Program-made: the position numbers and the translations under genes
Notes under the pieces: generated by a model
The model's input: the letters and a program-made list of their open reading frames with translations, nothing else
What the model was told of the DNA's origin: nothing
The model's database searches: none
Assembly (NCBI RefSeq): GCF_009914755.1
Contig: NC_060935.1
DNA: 64,000 nucleotides
Source: the human T2T-CHM13v2.0 reference genome, Homo sapiens
Direction: 5' to 3' (one strand)
In this document: positions 38,271 to 53,557 of the stretch, in pieces
Position numbering within the stretch: the first letter of the stretch is position 1
How the letters are laid out: every line of letters starts with the position of its first letter

Positions 38271-39105
38271 ATGCCAGAAAAGTGATTTGCAGGCTTCCAC
38301 GGATCTGTAGTTTCTTATATATATTCCTGGGGGACTTTTTGCTAGTGACTGAATTCTAGGTGGTCGAGGGGAGGTTAGAGTATGGAAGATTTACCATGCT
38401 TGACAGTATGTTCCTTTTAATGTTGAAATTGGCCTTAATGTAATCAGCCAGTAGTTGTTAATAAATATAATATAGAAACAAATAAGCAAACAAAATTTAT
38501 CTTCTAAAACGTTTATTTTCTGAGTCAAAAGCTTCTTTAAAAATAGTGAGCTGCAGTATTCATTATGTGAATTTCTGATCCTGTACCCAAATGCATAAAT
38601 GGTGTCATGATTTAAGTCTTGTATAAAAAGGAGGTGTAGGGGAGACAGAGAGTGAGAGATTGAGAGAAAGAAAGTTATTTTTCTAAAAGACAACTGAATA
38701 GAAAAAAACTATTTTTTCTGGAAGATAGTCAAATAAAATATACCTTGTAATGACTTTTAATAGTCTAGGTTCTGGTGCAATCAATATACGTTTCCAAGTT
38801 GTTAGAGATTTGCAAATATTATTCACCTGCGGTTGGATTTATAAGCAACAAAGCATTTATACACGAATTTATTTCAGAATACCAGCAGATCATAGTGAGC
38901 CACAGAACCATTTACAGCCCCTTGTCTTCTCCAAGGTATGGGTTGCAGATGTTTTTTTCATTGTTGGTAATATGTATTCATAAATATACATGTGTGTGCA
39001 GAGACTTGAAAATATGGAAGCTGTTTTATTATTCAAAATATATGCACTATGCCTCTAACCATTGTCTCTGCCCAACATCACTCTTTTCACTCCTGCTTTT
39101 TTTAA

Positions 39106-39524
<419 letters not shown>

Positions 39525-39624
39525 TGAGAACTTTTTAATCACTATGGATCTTGATCTTGCTCATTTTCCTTTTTCCACCTAGATTTATATTCTGACATGG
39601 CATTATTTTTTTCAAACTTCAGCT

Positions 39625-39780
39625 GGGAGAGTGAGAAGAATAGGCTTACGCTGAAATGCACTTTCCTTCACTTACTAGCTATGCAACACTGGCAAGTTAT
39701 ACAACTTCTCTAAATCTTAGTTTCTTCACTGTAAAATGGGGTAATATATATCACATAAGTTTATCTATAGATTGATAATA
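39625..39780 (+). mobile_element. MIR SINE
   Basis: 'cacttactagctatgcaacactggcaagttatacaacttctctaaatcttagtttcttcactgtaaaatgggg'. Confidence 0.8.
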
Positions 39781-39983
39781 TGCCCTTCTTTGTCTTACAA
39801 AAATTAAAGCAAAGAATTAATGCCTCTCTTCCCTTCTATTCTCGATCCCTCAATTATTTTGCTCCTGAGAATATAGCTAAATATGGAAATGGGTCCAGTA
39901 TACCAAATAATGTTGCAGTGGTTGTGTTCCACAATGATAACCACGACACAAATATATAAGAAGGTATATAAGGAGAAGAGTAA

Positions 39984-40298
<315 letters not shown>

Positions 40299-40699
40299 TT
40301 ACCTTTTTATATAATTCCATACCAATTCAAGAAACTACTACTTCCAGGAAAAAATCTTTTGATTACCCTGATGCTGTTAGAAGCCAAAGCAAAAAATGAT
40401 ACATGAAGAAATTTAAAGTAGTTGTTACCTGAAATGACTTCAACTTCCCCACATAACCTTTATGTGGGTGTTATTGTCTCTAGGATATACGCACCTGATA
40501 TGGGCTTTTAGAACCAGTGACAAGAATCAGATTTTTCTCATCAAATGTCATTAGCTTGCATTCTATTCTGGGCTGAACTAAAAACTTGGTGTGAGAAATT
40601 AGTTAATGTAGCATGTTCTCTGAGCTTCCTTTCATGCCTAAAAATAAGAACCTTACATATGTGATGAGTAGCTTCCATATAAGACTCAATCACTTTTCA

Positions 40700-40914
40700 C
40701 ATACACTTTTACTATAAAGGAACCATTTGTAAATATGTTAGGATTTGCTGTCAGTACAATCTTTGTGACACCTATTCAGCTCTGCTGTTATGTCATGAAA
40801 ACAACCATAGATAAAATGTAAACAAATAAGCATGGTTTTGTTCAAATAAAATTCAATTTACAAAAAAGACAGACAACTGAATTTGGCCCATAGGCCATAA
40901 TTTGCTGACCCTTG
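40700..40914 (+). mobile_element. MER58A hAT DNA transposon
   Basis: 'tattcagctctgctgtta...aaacaaataagcatggttttgttcaaataaaa...atttggcccataggccataatttgctgacccttg'. Confidence 0.8.
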
Positions 40915-41141
40915 CTCTGAATTACATGGGATTAATTTCTATGGCCTGATATTATTGCCTTTCAACAGGTCAAGATAAATATGCAATATCAAAATGTCAA
41001 GATCAAAAAGTAACATGGCCAGTGAGATAAAGGTAATTAAGAACAAGAGAAAGACAGACACAGAAATTCCAACTCCAGTTGCAAAGTGAATATATCTATA
41101 TGCTAAGCATCATGCTGAGTAGGCACTGGGGTACCTCTCAG

Positions 41142-41323
41142 ATTATTTGCAGTGAAGATCAATTCTTTTTTCAATCCATCATGGATTGAAAAATACAAAG
41201 TCATGCATTTGGATGGCTATAAAAGTTTTTTAGAAAATTTTTGTATATTTAATTTTATTGTTTGCATTTATCTCAGTGTGAACCAGTAGCAAACAGATAA
41301 GGACCACATTCTAAGGAGTGCTG
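41142..41323. mobile_element. hAT-Charlie MITE (MER119-like)
   Basis: Terminal-like 'cactggggtacctctca' and 'ggaccacattctaaggagtgctg'. Confidence 0.45.
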
Positions 41324-43060
41324 GTTAGGGATTCCTAAGAAGGCAAGTTTTTGCCTGGATGTTTCTGCCTTAACATCTTTATTACATTTGTTCACAGAAT
41401 TATCTGTTACATTCCTCGGAAATAAGTACACAATTTATTCTCATATTGAAGATCTTCCATAATCTGGGTTCAGCCATATCGTTTTGGCAGTGTCCTCCTC
41501 TGCACTCACATAGGATGACTTCCTGTACCCAAACACACCTTCTGTTTCCCTGCACTTTGCCATTGCTCATATGATTTCCTAGTTCTGTACTGTCAATAAA
41601 TCCATCTTTAATATCTTTCAAAACTCCTTCATGAAGTTATGTCTTATTTCTGCTGGATGCAATCTGCTCCTCCATGGAACATTCATAAAGCAGTGCACAC
41701 TTTGTCTGTGATTAGACTTGTTTTAATCACATCACAATACTCCCTGTACCTTTCTTATTTAGAGACCAGAGAGAGAGAGAGATTTTGGAACTTGAGCTGC
41801 CTCTCATATAGATAGATAGAGAGAGAGAGAGAGAGATACACACCCACATACATGTATATATGTGGGACAATATCCAGAGTACCGAACACAGTGTGTCATT
41901 TATAAAATGGAGGCTTTTCACAAATTAGCCCATAAGTGAATATACTGAACCTACATCTTAAATATTCTGTCTTAGAGATCTCCTTTAAGTGCTTCAATAG
42001 TTCAGTCCTTTGCACCTTCATTTTTTTCTCTCTTTCACTTAGGGCAAAGGTGCTTATCAGCAAGAGAGGTTGAGTACATAAAACCACAGGACACAGCAAT
42101 CTGTGGTATCAAAAGCAAACCATATAAGATGCATAACTCACTTACAGAATTTGTATGATGGAGGCTGGAGAATGAAAATGCAATTTATAGCTCATTTATA
42201 CTATTCTGAATTTCACTGTAAAACACAAATTTTGTGGGCAGAAGGAAGCCAGCCACGATTAGCATTTAGCCCAGCCACAGCCCATGACAATTGTTTGTTT
42301 CTGCTGTGATCTGTAAGACTTTGCTTTAGAATGAAAACTTAATTGGATATACTGAAGGAAAGAGCTGCCATTGGTGAGTAAAATTTTATAATCTCCATCC
42401 AAGTTACACACTTGCAAAATTATGAAACAGAGTAGATATTTACCCTGCAAATGAATACAAGTCTGAATGATAAAAGCTGACAGAATTAAGCTACGTTAGT
42501 AACACACAGGGAAAAAATTGCAAAAGATTCACTCAGGTATTTTATTACTATTATTACATTTGAAACAAATTATGAGTTTTATGGCCATACTGCATTTTAT
42601 TGGTTTGCCTCTATATTTAATACAGTTGTAAATGAGCAAAATTCTGATGAATGTTTTCTTGGTGTATGCTTCAAACTTACTTCATCCATATAAAACTTCC
42701 TTTCAGATGAGACTGTTTATTGTAAAATTAAGGGACTGAGAATGTGCCTTACCTCTCATGGCCTGATCCCTTACTTCCACAATATTAAGGAAGAGAGCCA
42801 AGGAAATGTAGATATTCTACAAGATGGGCTTCTTGGCTAACCATGCCTACAGGTTCTAGAGAAACTTTCCACCACAGTCTCTGGAAGGAGCAGATCTACA
42901 TATTCTATCTTGTCCCCATTTACCTCACCAGGGATAGAAAACATTGATTGCCAACAACTAACATGAGCTTTTATTTTGAATATTTTAACTAAAATAAAAT
43001 GAGGCTATCTAAGTGTGGGAAGCCAAACAAAGGGTCTGGCTAAATAGAGGCCAGAGACAG

Positions 43061-43465
43061 TGTGATAGCTTCCTTTCTGTGTCAACTTAGTTAGAATATG
43101 TACTCATCCAAACATGAATCTAGGTGTTGCTGTAATGACATTTTGTAGCTGTGATTAAGGTGCAAAATCAGTTGACTTTAGGTAAGAGAGAATATTGTAT
43201 ATAATCTGGGGAGGTACAATTTAATCAGTTGAAAGGCTATAAGAGCAGAACCAAGGCTTACCTGAGAAAGACGAAATTCTACCTGTGGACAGAAGCTTCA
43301 GCCCCGACCTGAGAACTTCAGCCTGCCCTTCCTAAGGACCTGCTTTACAGATTTTGGACTTGCCTAGTCAGCCCCCACAATCACATAAGACAATTCCTTT
43401 CAATAAATCTCTTAATATGTACCTCCTACTGGCTCTGTTCCTCTGGTTGAATGCTGACTGACACA
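43061..43465 (+). mobile_element. MLT2 (MLT2D-like) ERVL solo LTR
   Basis: TG...CA ends. Perfect 5-bp TSD GACAG at 43056-43060 and 43466-43470. Contains 'tgtgtcaactt' and AATAAA near 43402. Confidence 0.9.
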
Positions 43466-45686
43466 GACAGTGTTCCAGTAAAACGAAAGACCAGGCAAGA
43501 CTGAATCACAGTAAATGGAGCAGAAACCTTGTAGGCAGAGGAAACCGGTATCAGAGAAGTGGCAATTCACAGTCTTGTCGTCCTAGAAAAAACAAGACAG
43601 TCACGTTCTTAAACCCTCAGTTTTAGTGCCTATGAGTCTCAGTCCTACTTTATCCCCACCAGATCTTAAGGGTCTCCTTGAATTCTCCATTAACCTGAAT
43701 GTGTTTGTTATAACCAAATGACCTTGACAAGAGCCAACTATCATGTATCTGGCACATTCTAGAAGAGGGAAAAAAATCTACATTTTTAAAAAACTTCTTT
43801 ATCTTTCTACTAACTCAACAAAAATTATCAATTATCCATAACTTGGAAGATACACTGTTATAGGTATATTGAAACCACCAATATGTATCTTTCATACAGA
43901 GTCTGCTTTCAAGAGGTTTATAAGCTGATAATGAAAATGTCTGTTCATAAATATAACTAATTCACAACTAAAAGTGATCTATGGAGCAGACAAGGCCTAG
44001 AGCCAGTAAAACAGAAGTTCAGAAGTGGCTGAGAGGATTAAGGAAGGCCCCATAGAGAACAGGCCATGTAGTTCCTGTCCATGCCTAACGTTTGCAGGCC
44101 TGGGGCAAGAATACAAGGCGACATTTTCACCACAACATGGAAAGCCAGAATTTAATTCAGAATGATTGACTCCTAGAGTCTCATGTTGCCTTCCTTCCTA
44201 CACCTGATTATACCCTGCCGCATGTGGACACCCCGCCTTCCTATCAAGCTCCATCCATGCTTTCTGTAAACAGCAGGCTCCTGGTCACTCCTTGAGTCCA
44301 GATGAACACATCAGCAATGGAGTCCTCTGAGGATAACAGACTCAGGAAAGAGGCCCTTGAAGCAGTGGGTTTAGGGCAGTTTGAAGTATGACTTAAGAGA
44401 ATATTTCTCTTTGGCCCAATTGACTCCTCCCTTACCCCTTAAAAAAAGTGGCTCCCTAAAATTTAGGTTTAAATCAAAGGTTCTACTTTCTGAATGTAAG
44501 TGTTGAACTTTCTGAGACTGTTATTTTACATCCTCCAACAACTATTAAGTACTTTATATATATTGTGAAAAAAAGAGTAAAACATCTGATTTGTTCAACC
44601 CCTGTATATCTAGTTTTGTAATTGCTCAGTGACTATTTGTTTCATTCTAACCCACAGTTAAATGTGTATAGGATCTATTCAGGTGGTGATAGGGGTCAAA
44701 GAAGGGAGTAATAAATGATAAGGAGACTTAAGCAACAAAACAAAGGAATAAGAAATGGTTCAGAATTGTAAGATAGAAAGCTTCACAAGGAGGAGCAATG
44801 GGCAATAACTGTAAAAAGTAAGTGGAGGTGATACTATGGAGGGCTTAGAAATAATTTAAATCTCCACATCCTATTTTTCTAAAATAAAGGGAGGAAAGAA
44901 GGAAACAAGGAAGAGAAGGAGGAAGATGGCTTTCACCTTGTTCCTACACAATGGTGTTTGGCAAAGACACTTTTTAAAGTTTGCTTTGTGTGTCTGATTA
45001 CATTTTGTACTCGGAAAGTAATTAAACCATCGTTGGGACAGAGAAAAATGTGATCATACATTTCTGTGTGCAACATTGGAGCACTTTGTCTCTTTTCCAC
45101 AATAGTCTTCGTTTAACATTTATATATACTCTCACAAAAACTCAAGAATAAGGGATAATAAATGGAAGGTTCTTCTAACCTCCTGGGTAGCCACAAAGTG
45201 GACAGTGTCCATTAATTGCTCTTCAGATGTTTAAGCTAAGTCAAGGCTGTGCCACTGTGCATTTGAGTAGACTTCAGGATTCAGAATCACTTCTCTGACC
45301 TCAGTGCTCTGGGTATGCACATGAGCTTGTGTGCATGTGAGTGCAAAGCTGTGTTTTCTCAGAGAGATTTTAAGCTGGTGATACATGTCGAGCTGAGAAA
45401 CAAAAATTCACACTCATGTTAATGTTACCCATTTACTCAAAAGTGCTGCGACAAAATATTTTGGGCTGCTCTGCTGTCTCTGGCCAGAGATAAAGTGCGT
45501 TTAAGGAAGAATATTCACTATTTCATTAAAAAATATTTTACCTCAAAATCCAGGCAGCAAAGAGTGCATATACTTAACACACAAATGGATCTTGTTTATG
45601 TGAGGGGTAGTCAATTTTCCACAAGTGAGGTGCAGAGAGTTTGCAAACAGATTGTAATCAAACAGATCATAATCGAACAAACACTA

Positions 45687-47112
45687 TTTTTAAACAGCTT
45701 TACTATAGTCTATATACAATGAAAACATCACATTTAATACACACATTTTGATAAGTTTGACATATGCATATACTCATAATAATATCACCACATTCAAGGT
45801 AATAAATATATCCTTTGCTTTTGAAAGTTTCCTTGTGTCCCTTTGATAAAGCTGGTCCCCTAAGATGGGGTCTTTCCCTGTTCAGTGTCACAGAGCCAAT
45901 ACATGAAACCAAAAGTGAGTGTCAAGCAGTACAGGCTTTGTTTGATGGCCATAGAATTGAGAGGTGGAAGCATGGCCTACAAATCAACTTCAACGGGTGA
46001 GGGGTGAGGGAATTAAAATATAGGCTTTCTTTAATAAAGGGGTTGGACATTAAAGTGAGGGGAGGAATACTCATGCTTTTTCTGGCAATGGGAGGTGAGC
46101 TTTCTGGAAACAGAGTACTGCTTTCCTTTTTGTTCTTTAATGACTTCTTCTGGTCATTGTCATGGTGATTATCAACACTATGGCAATGGTGGGAGAGTCA
46201 TTTAGCATGAAAATGAGATTATATGAAGCCTGAGGTCTTTTTGAAGTCATTTGGTTGGCTTTCTTGGTTCTTACCAGTCTCAGCTGGTCTGGTTACTAAG
46301 GGAACTTTTTATCACCAGTGCCCTGGTTTTTAAAAATAAGCAGAGTTAGGACAGGATAGAAATTCAGCTATGGCATGTTGGCATTATACCAGGTAACTCC
46401 TTTATGTTTGCTTTATTTGTTTTATCCTTGGTTTTGTTTTGGTTTTGTGGTGAGAACATTTAACATGAGATCTGTCCTCTTAAAATTTTTTAAGTGCACA
46501 ATACCATAATGTAAGCACTATGATGTATAGCAAATATCAAGAACTTTTTTATCTTGCAAAGTTGAAACATTATACCCATTGAGCAACATCTCTACTCTGA
46601 ACCTCTGGCAACCACCATTCTATTCTCTGCTTCTATGAATCTGACTATTTTAGATACTTCATGTAACTGGAATCATCTAGTATTTGTCCACCTGTAGCCT
46701 GCTCATTTCACTTAAAATTATGTCCTCCAGCTGTATACATGTTGTTGCAAATGGTGAGATTTCTTCCTTTTTGAGGGCTGAGTAGTATTCCATTGTATGT
46801 ATATAACACATTTTCTTTACTATTTATCTGTTGATGCACATTTTGTTTGTTTCCATATCGTGGCTACTCTGAATAATGCTGCAATGGATGTAAGAGTACA
46901 TTTATCTCTTCAAGGTCATGAATCAATCCTTTTGGGTGAATATCCAAAAGTGGGCTTGCTGGATCATATGGTGGTTCTATTTTTAATTTTTTGAAGAACC
47001 TCCATAATGACTGCACCATTTTACGTTCCCACCAACAGTGTAGAAGGGTTCCAATTTCTCTGATATTCAAGGACATATATTTTTATTAAACTAATAACCA
47101 TCCTAACAGGTA
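45687..47112 (-). mobile_element. L1MA9/10-like 3' region, interrupted by an LTR
   Basis: 'tttgtggtgagaacatttaacatgagatct...cctctggcaaccaccattctattctctgcttctatga' and antisense ORF2 C-terminus (ORF 46864..47076). Confidence 0.85.
45844..46398 (-). mobile_element. ERV1 MER4-group solo LTR (family not resolved)
   Basis: 4-bp TSD CCTT at 45840-45843 and 46399-46402. Internal 'ttgtcatggtgattatcaacactatggcaatggtgggagagtc' resembles the antisense of MER41/MER66-type LTRs. Confidence 0.75.
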
Positions 47113-47154
47113 AATGCATGCTATTGTATAAGGCTGAATATAATGAAGTTAATA

Positions 47155-47430
47155 ATTAGAGTAAAAATGATAGCTATACTTTGTTGAGCAGTTACTATAC
47201 GCAAGAAGTTGTGCTAAGCATTTTACAAGCCTATAATATTGAATTCTATGAATAATCTTATGCAGAAGGTCCTAGTATTCTAATTTTCTAAATGAGGAAA
47301 TTGGGACTTATAAAGGTGTAATAACTTGCCCAAGGTCCTGGGGCAAGTAAGTGGGGGATTTAAAATAAAAACAAAGCATGACAGTATGGCCTTTTTCCAG
47401 AGGTCCAGCTCTTAAACATTGCTATTTTAT
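47155..47430 (-). mobile_element. MIR SINE
   Basis: 'ttgagcagttactatacgcaagaagttgtgctaagcattttaca' and 'aaatgaggaaattggg...ataacttgcccaaggtc'. Confidence 0.8.
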
Positions 47431-48114
47431 TCTATTACATGCAGTCCCATGAGTAAAAAGTTCATGGCCTGAGTAGAAACGAGCCCAACCTGGGAGGAAG
47501 AAGACTTAGGTTCTAGTCGCAACACTTTCCAACTAATATTTGAGTCACTTTGGTCACTTTCAGCTCCTGTTCTCCCATCTGCAGTGGGCGATAAAGATAA
47601 GAAAAGAATCTTGGTTTGTTTCTTTGATTTTCTTCAAGGCAGGTTGGCTCACTTTTTTCAGGAAATCTCAATTTTTTAAGTCTATGTTACTGTGATACAT
47701 GGAATATCCGTATTCAGAATGTGATATTCTTACCAGGTATTAGCTACTTATAAAAAAAATCAAAAATAAAGTGATGAAAAATAATATTGATCTATGATTG
47801 ATTACTTTAAGGATAATCTATAAATCTTTTATTTATTTCAAATATTTTTCATAGATAAAATCAGGCTATGAGAGAAGTTTAAATTTAAGCATGTTTTTCA
47901 CCTTGTAGAATTATAATATGCCTTAGCTTTCATTTAGAAATAGTCATACAACTTTTTAGAATACAATTATGCATAGGTTACAGGAATTTTGTTGAAAATA
48001 TTCACTTCATCACTAAAGTTCTAGTTTGAGTAGCCAATGGACAAATTTGTCTTTGACCTTAACTCACAAAAAAGCTTTGCTGTTGCTAAGCAACCAATGC
48101 ATGTTGATCATATA

Positions 48115-48295
48115 GGTGAGGAATTCATAAACTTCAGCCCTCAGGACCAAATGATACACAGCCATGCCCATTTGCTTATTTTCTATAGCTGTTTTCACTC
48201 TACAAAAATAGGACTGAGCAGTTGTGACAGGATGGCCCACAAAGCTGAAAATTTCTACCTCTTAGCCTTTTATGAAAAATGTTTGCTCTTCTGCT
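48115..48295. mobile_element. MER58-like fragment
   Basis: 'acacagccatgcccatttgcttattttctatagctgttttcactctacaa...gagcagttgtgacaggatggcccacaaagctgaaaatt'. Confidence 0.7.
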
Positions 48296-48428
48296 TTGGG
48301 CATCCCAAAAGATGATGCTTCTCACCCTTTGTCTTTAGATGGTCATGTTGCTAACTTTGGCTAACTAAACATGAACAGATATTATGGGTACACGTAGGAG
48401 CCAGTCACTGATTCTGATTCTCCATTTT

Positions 48429-48729
<301 letters not shown>

Positions 48730-49084
48730 TGATTCTCCATTTTCCCTGTCTTTGACATGTCACAGGACTTTCCAGATAGAGGAGACTTCATCATCCCAGC
48801 TCATTGAATGTGGGCCACCCAGAAGCTACCACCCTAACTACCTCACATGGTCATGGAGTCTGGGTGTGAAATGAACCTTTGGCATTTTTACCCACTGAGA
48901 CGTGGTGGATGCCATCCAGCCTGGGCTAACTGATGCATGTAGCAAATTTTCCCAAATTAATTTTGCAGTAAGGCAGATTTTAAATAATGATACGAATAGA
49001 CTTTTGGGGGTCTTCAATATTTTGAGGATCATGTCACCCTTTGAAAATTTAATCAAAGCTAAAACTTTCTCCAAAGAGGAAATA

Positions 49085-49117
49085 ATATATATATATACAC
49101 ATATATATATATATATA

Positions 49118-49157
<40 letters not shown>

Positions 49158-49172
49158 TGTGTGTGTGTGTGT
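49085..49172. repeat. (TA)n(TG)n microsatellite within an old hAT MITE (about 49005-49240)
   Basis: About 88 bp of alternating purine-pyrimidine. Flanks 'gtcaccctttgaaaatttaatcaaagcta' resemble MER117-type elements. Confidence 0.9.
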
Positions 49173-49244
49173 CTACATACAAAACTATACAAACAATTCC
49201 AGGAGGTTTTAGACTTTTTTATGCCAATGTATAGGTCCTAGGGT

Positions 49245-49490
49245 ATGAACTAGCATTGTGGAAAGAGCCTTGGGTTTGGAGTTCAAATAAACAAAGATGG
49301 TTTCAAATCCTGATTCTGCCACTAACATTGCTTGTCTAACTTATGTAAAATGTAGGCTTTGATTCCTTTCTCTGTAAAAGGTGATATTAATATCTACCTT
49401 GCTTTGAAACTGGGAAGTACAAAGGTAATGGTGTGCAATTGTCTATCACAGTGTTTAACATAGTATGTGGTCAATATATGCTTGTTCCCT
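49245..49490 (+). mobile_element. MIR SINE
   Basis: 'gtggaaagagccttgggtttggagttca...ttcaaatcctgattctgccactaac'. Confidence 0.8.
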
Positions 49491-49930
49491 ACATCCTGTA
49501 ATAATAGTGACAGCAATACAGTGAGATGATCTCAGGTTAAACCAAATCCAAGCTGGCATAAGGATAATGAGATAAAAATGTTCTCATTTGTGAAATAATG
49601 GTTTAGATCTGATGAAGTATATTATTCTTCTTGGCTCTACAATTCTTACTATCATTAGACAAAGGCCCCTTTAAAAGCAGATAGGTATTATTGGAATAAC
49701 TCAATAAAGCAGCTTTGCCTCATTGATTTTAGACTTGGAAGTTCAGCTACTGCAGAAATGTATTTTCTATAGTATATGTGTATGTAGTCTTAGATTTAAA
49801 ATAGAAGGTTGAACTCAAAGCTTTACCCTTTGAGAAATTTTAATATCATGTCATCATGTAAAACAAAGCTTTCATGGCAAAATCCATTGGAAAAGCATAA
49901 TGTGTGAGTTTTAGGGTCCCTGCCTATCTT

Positions 49931-50020
49931 TAGATAGATAGATAGATAGATACAGATACACACACGCACACACACACACACACACACACATATATAGAGA
50001 GAGAAAGACAGAGAGAGAGA
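49931..50020. repeat. Compound (GATA)n(CA)n(GA)n microsatellite
   Basis: Directly visible in the sequence. Confidence 0.95.
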
Positions 50021-51335
50021 TTTCAGAAGTTATTAAAATAATCATATAATCATAGATGGTTGGACATGGACAATACCTGTTTATCTAGCCTTCAACATTG
50101 TTAAACTACAGGTGAGAAAAACAAAGTCTAGCAATATTAAGTGATTTAACCAGAGAGAGTAACCTATGAATAAAAAGTGAGGTTAGAAACAGGACCTTAA
50201 AATTGAAGCATCCTATTGCTCTTTTGAAATGCCCCTCCATTATAATATATTAAATTATCAGACCAAGATAGTTCAGTATAATCCATATTCCAAGAGACTG
50301 TTGGAAGCATCTACTAGAAACCCACTAGGTTTCATTAAACACAAATGGCAAGGAAATTTTAGAGACGTTATAGACAATTTGCTGCTCCCATACTGCCTCC
50401 TTTCTTACTGATTCCTGAGCCCAGAATGTAAAAGCAGGCTGGATGTTCTTATACAGATGCCTTCTTTCTGAAGACCATCATTTTGCCTGGTACAGGAGCT
50501 CTTAGTGAGACATTAGGAAAGACATACCTGATTTTTAAGATCACGTAGGACCGTGTACTTATTATTAGCTTACCATCACTTTAGAAACCTGTTCAGTGTG
50601 ACCAATGCTTACATTTATGCAAACAGAGAGAGAGAGAGAGAGACAGCATGTGTGTGTTGGAGAGAGAGACAGAGCAGGGAGAGAAAAAGAGACAGAGAAT
50701 GAAAAGACAAAGAGAAAAATCCAAGCCCAGGAGAACTTGTACTGAAAAATCTGAGAATTTTCACCCTGATGATCATAACTGCCATATCACCTTAACCTCT
50801 TTTGTTGATAATTGATAAGTAATAATATTAATAATTTAGCACTGACATAAACACATTATATGTACTATTTCTTTTAATTTCTAAAACACTTTTGAAATTT
50901 TTAGTTATGCATGTATTTAATTATTGTGAATATTTGGTTTTATAAATATTGTTAAGGTGGCCAGACAATATGGTACATGAGATGAAAAATGTTTCCCTTT
51001 TATTTCCACCAATGGTATCCTCAACATATTTCACAGAAACTGGCCAAACAATAAATATTGGTGTTTAATAAATACTTATGAAATAAATTTAATAATCTCT
51101 CCTATAAAGTAGATATTGTGATTATTTCTATTTTGGGGATGAAGGAATGGAATCTTAAAGAGTGTCTTAATCTTTTATACTTCAAGTCTTTATGATAACA
51201 CTTTTCTCTGAGTTCTTCCTGTTCTGAATGTCTACATAGTAAATGAAATTAATGCTCACAGTTATTGCTTAGTGGAGACATCATTGCTTTCTTTCTACGG
51301 AATTTTACTTAGAAAGAGAGAGCTTTTCATGTTCC

Positions 51336-52958
51336 AAAACATCTTTACAATGAGAACTACGGAATGTTGTTCAAAGAAATCAGAGATTACACAAAGAAAT
51401 GGAAAAACATTGCATGTTCATTAAGAGAAACAATCAGTATTGCTAAAATGACCATACTGGCCAAAGCAATTTATAGATTCAATGCTATTCCTATCAAACT
51501 ACCAATGACATTCTTCATAGAACTAGAAAACAACTATTTTAAAAATCATATGGAACAAAAAAGGAGCCCAAATCTCCAAGGCAGTCATAAGAAAAAAGAA
51601 CAATACCTGACTTCAAACTATACTACAAGGCTGCAGTAACCAAAACAGCATGGTACTGGTACAAAAACAGACACATAGACCAATGGAACAAAATAGAGAG
51701 CCCAGAAATAAGGCCACACACCTACAACCATCTGATATTTGACAAAGCTGACAAAAACAAGCAATGGGAAAAGGATTCCCTATTCAATAAATGGTACTGG
51801 GATAACTGGCTAGTCATATGCACAAGATTAAAACTAGACCCCTTCTTTATACCATATACAAAAATCAACTCTAGAAAAATTAAAGCCTTAAATATAAAAC
51901 CTAACACTAAAAATCCTAGAAGATAATCTAGGCAATACCATTAAACTATAAAGAATTTCTGCATAGCAAGAGAAACAATCAACAGAGTAAATATACAACC
52001 TACAGAATGGTAGAAAACATTTACAAACTATGCATCTGACAAAGGTCTAATATTCAGACTCTGTAAGGAACTTAAATTTTCAAGCAAAAAAACAACCCCA
52101 TTAAAAAGTGGGCAAAGGACATAAACAGAAACTTTTTAAAAGAAACATAATGTGCAGCCAACAAGCATGTGAAAAAAAGCTCAACAGCATTGATTGAGAG
52201 TAATGCAAATGAAAACCACAATGGGATACCATCTCTCACCAATCAGAATGGCTATTGCTATTATTAAAAAGTTAAAAAAAAAAGACAGATGCTGGTTGAG
52301 GTTGTAGAGACAAGGGAACACTTATACACTGTTGGTGGGAGGATAAATTAATTCAACCATCATGGAAAGCAGTGTGGCGATTCCTCAAAGACTGAAAAAC
52401 AGAACTACCATTTGAACCAGCAATCCCACTACTGGGTATACACCCAGAGGAATATATATCATTCTATTATAAAGACATGCACACTTAACGTTAATTGCAG
52501 CACTATTCACAATTGCAAAAACATGGAAACAACCCAAATGACCATCAATGGTAGACAGGATAAAGAAAATGGGGTACGTATACACCATGTATTACTATGC
52601 GGTCATAAAAAGAATGAGATCATGTCTTTTGCAGGAACATGCATGAAGCTAGAAACCATTATCTTTGGCAAGCTATAATAATGCGCGAATACAAAACCAA
52701 GTACCACATGTTCTCACTTATAAGTGGGAGCTAAATGATGAGAACACATGGACACATGGAGGGGAACAACAGACACTGGGGGTCCATCTGAGAGTGAAGG
52801 GTCGGCGGGGGGAGAGAGATGATCAGGAAAAATAACTATGCTACTAGGATTAACACCTGGGTGACAAAGTAATCTGGACAACAAAACTCTGTGACACACG
52901 TTTACCTATGTAACAATCCTGCACATGTACCCCAGAACTTAAAATGAAAAATTTAAAA
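51336..52958 (+). mobile_element. 5'-truncated L1PA13/15-like element
   Basis: ORF 51364..51639 '[13 protein letters not shown]...[13 protein letters not shown]'. 3' UTR 'gatcaggaaaaataacta...ctgcacatgtaccccagaacttaaaat'. Internal deletion near 51941. Confidence 0.92.
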
Positions 52959-53272
52959 GCGAGACACCCACTATGCCATTTCTATGCCTCTTTACTCTCT
53001 ACAATATCCATGTCACTCTTGAATGCATGGAATTCTTTTAAAGGGTGATATTTTCCCACCAAATAAATGCTCCAAGTGGCCATTTCCGCTCTGGGTTCCA
53101 ATGCCACTCAGTTCCACTCCCACTCCCATGACACCATCCTAAAACAGTGACACTCTTTTTGCCTTTCTCATATCAGGGAGTAATTTCATTCTCCCCACTT
53201 GTGTCTAAAACATTTTGTCTATATCCTGAATCCTCTCCTCTCTCTGCTACTTGGCTTTTAAAAATCAAATGC

Positions 53273-53557
53273 GGCCGGGCACGGTGGCTCACGCCTGTAA
53301 TCCCAGCACTTTGGGAGGCCGAGATGGGCGGATCACGAGGTCAGGAGATCGAGACCATCCTGGCTGACATGGTGAAACCCCATCTCTACTAAAAATACAA
53401 AAAAATTAGCCGGCGTGGTGGCGGGCGCCTGTAGTCCCAGCTACTCCGGAGGCTGAGGCAGGAGAATGGCATGAACATGGGAGGTGGAGCTTGCAGTGAG
53501 CCAAGATCGCACCACTCCTGCCTGGGCAACAGAGTGAGACTCCATCTCAAAAAAAAA
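53273..53557 (+). mobile_element. AluY
   Basis: 'gagaatggcatgaac' and 'ggagcttgcag'. TSD aaaaatcaaatgc at 53260-53272 and 53558-53570, after a canonical TTTT/AAAA site. Confidence 0.96.

Noticed and set aside
51311-51340. Possible 5' micro-inversion (twin priming) of the L1PA13-like element
   Set aside because: It rests on about 13 nt of weak similarity and the TSD is unclear, so I cannot support it by eye.
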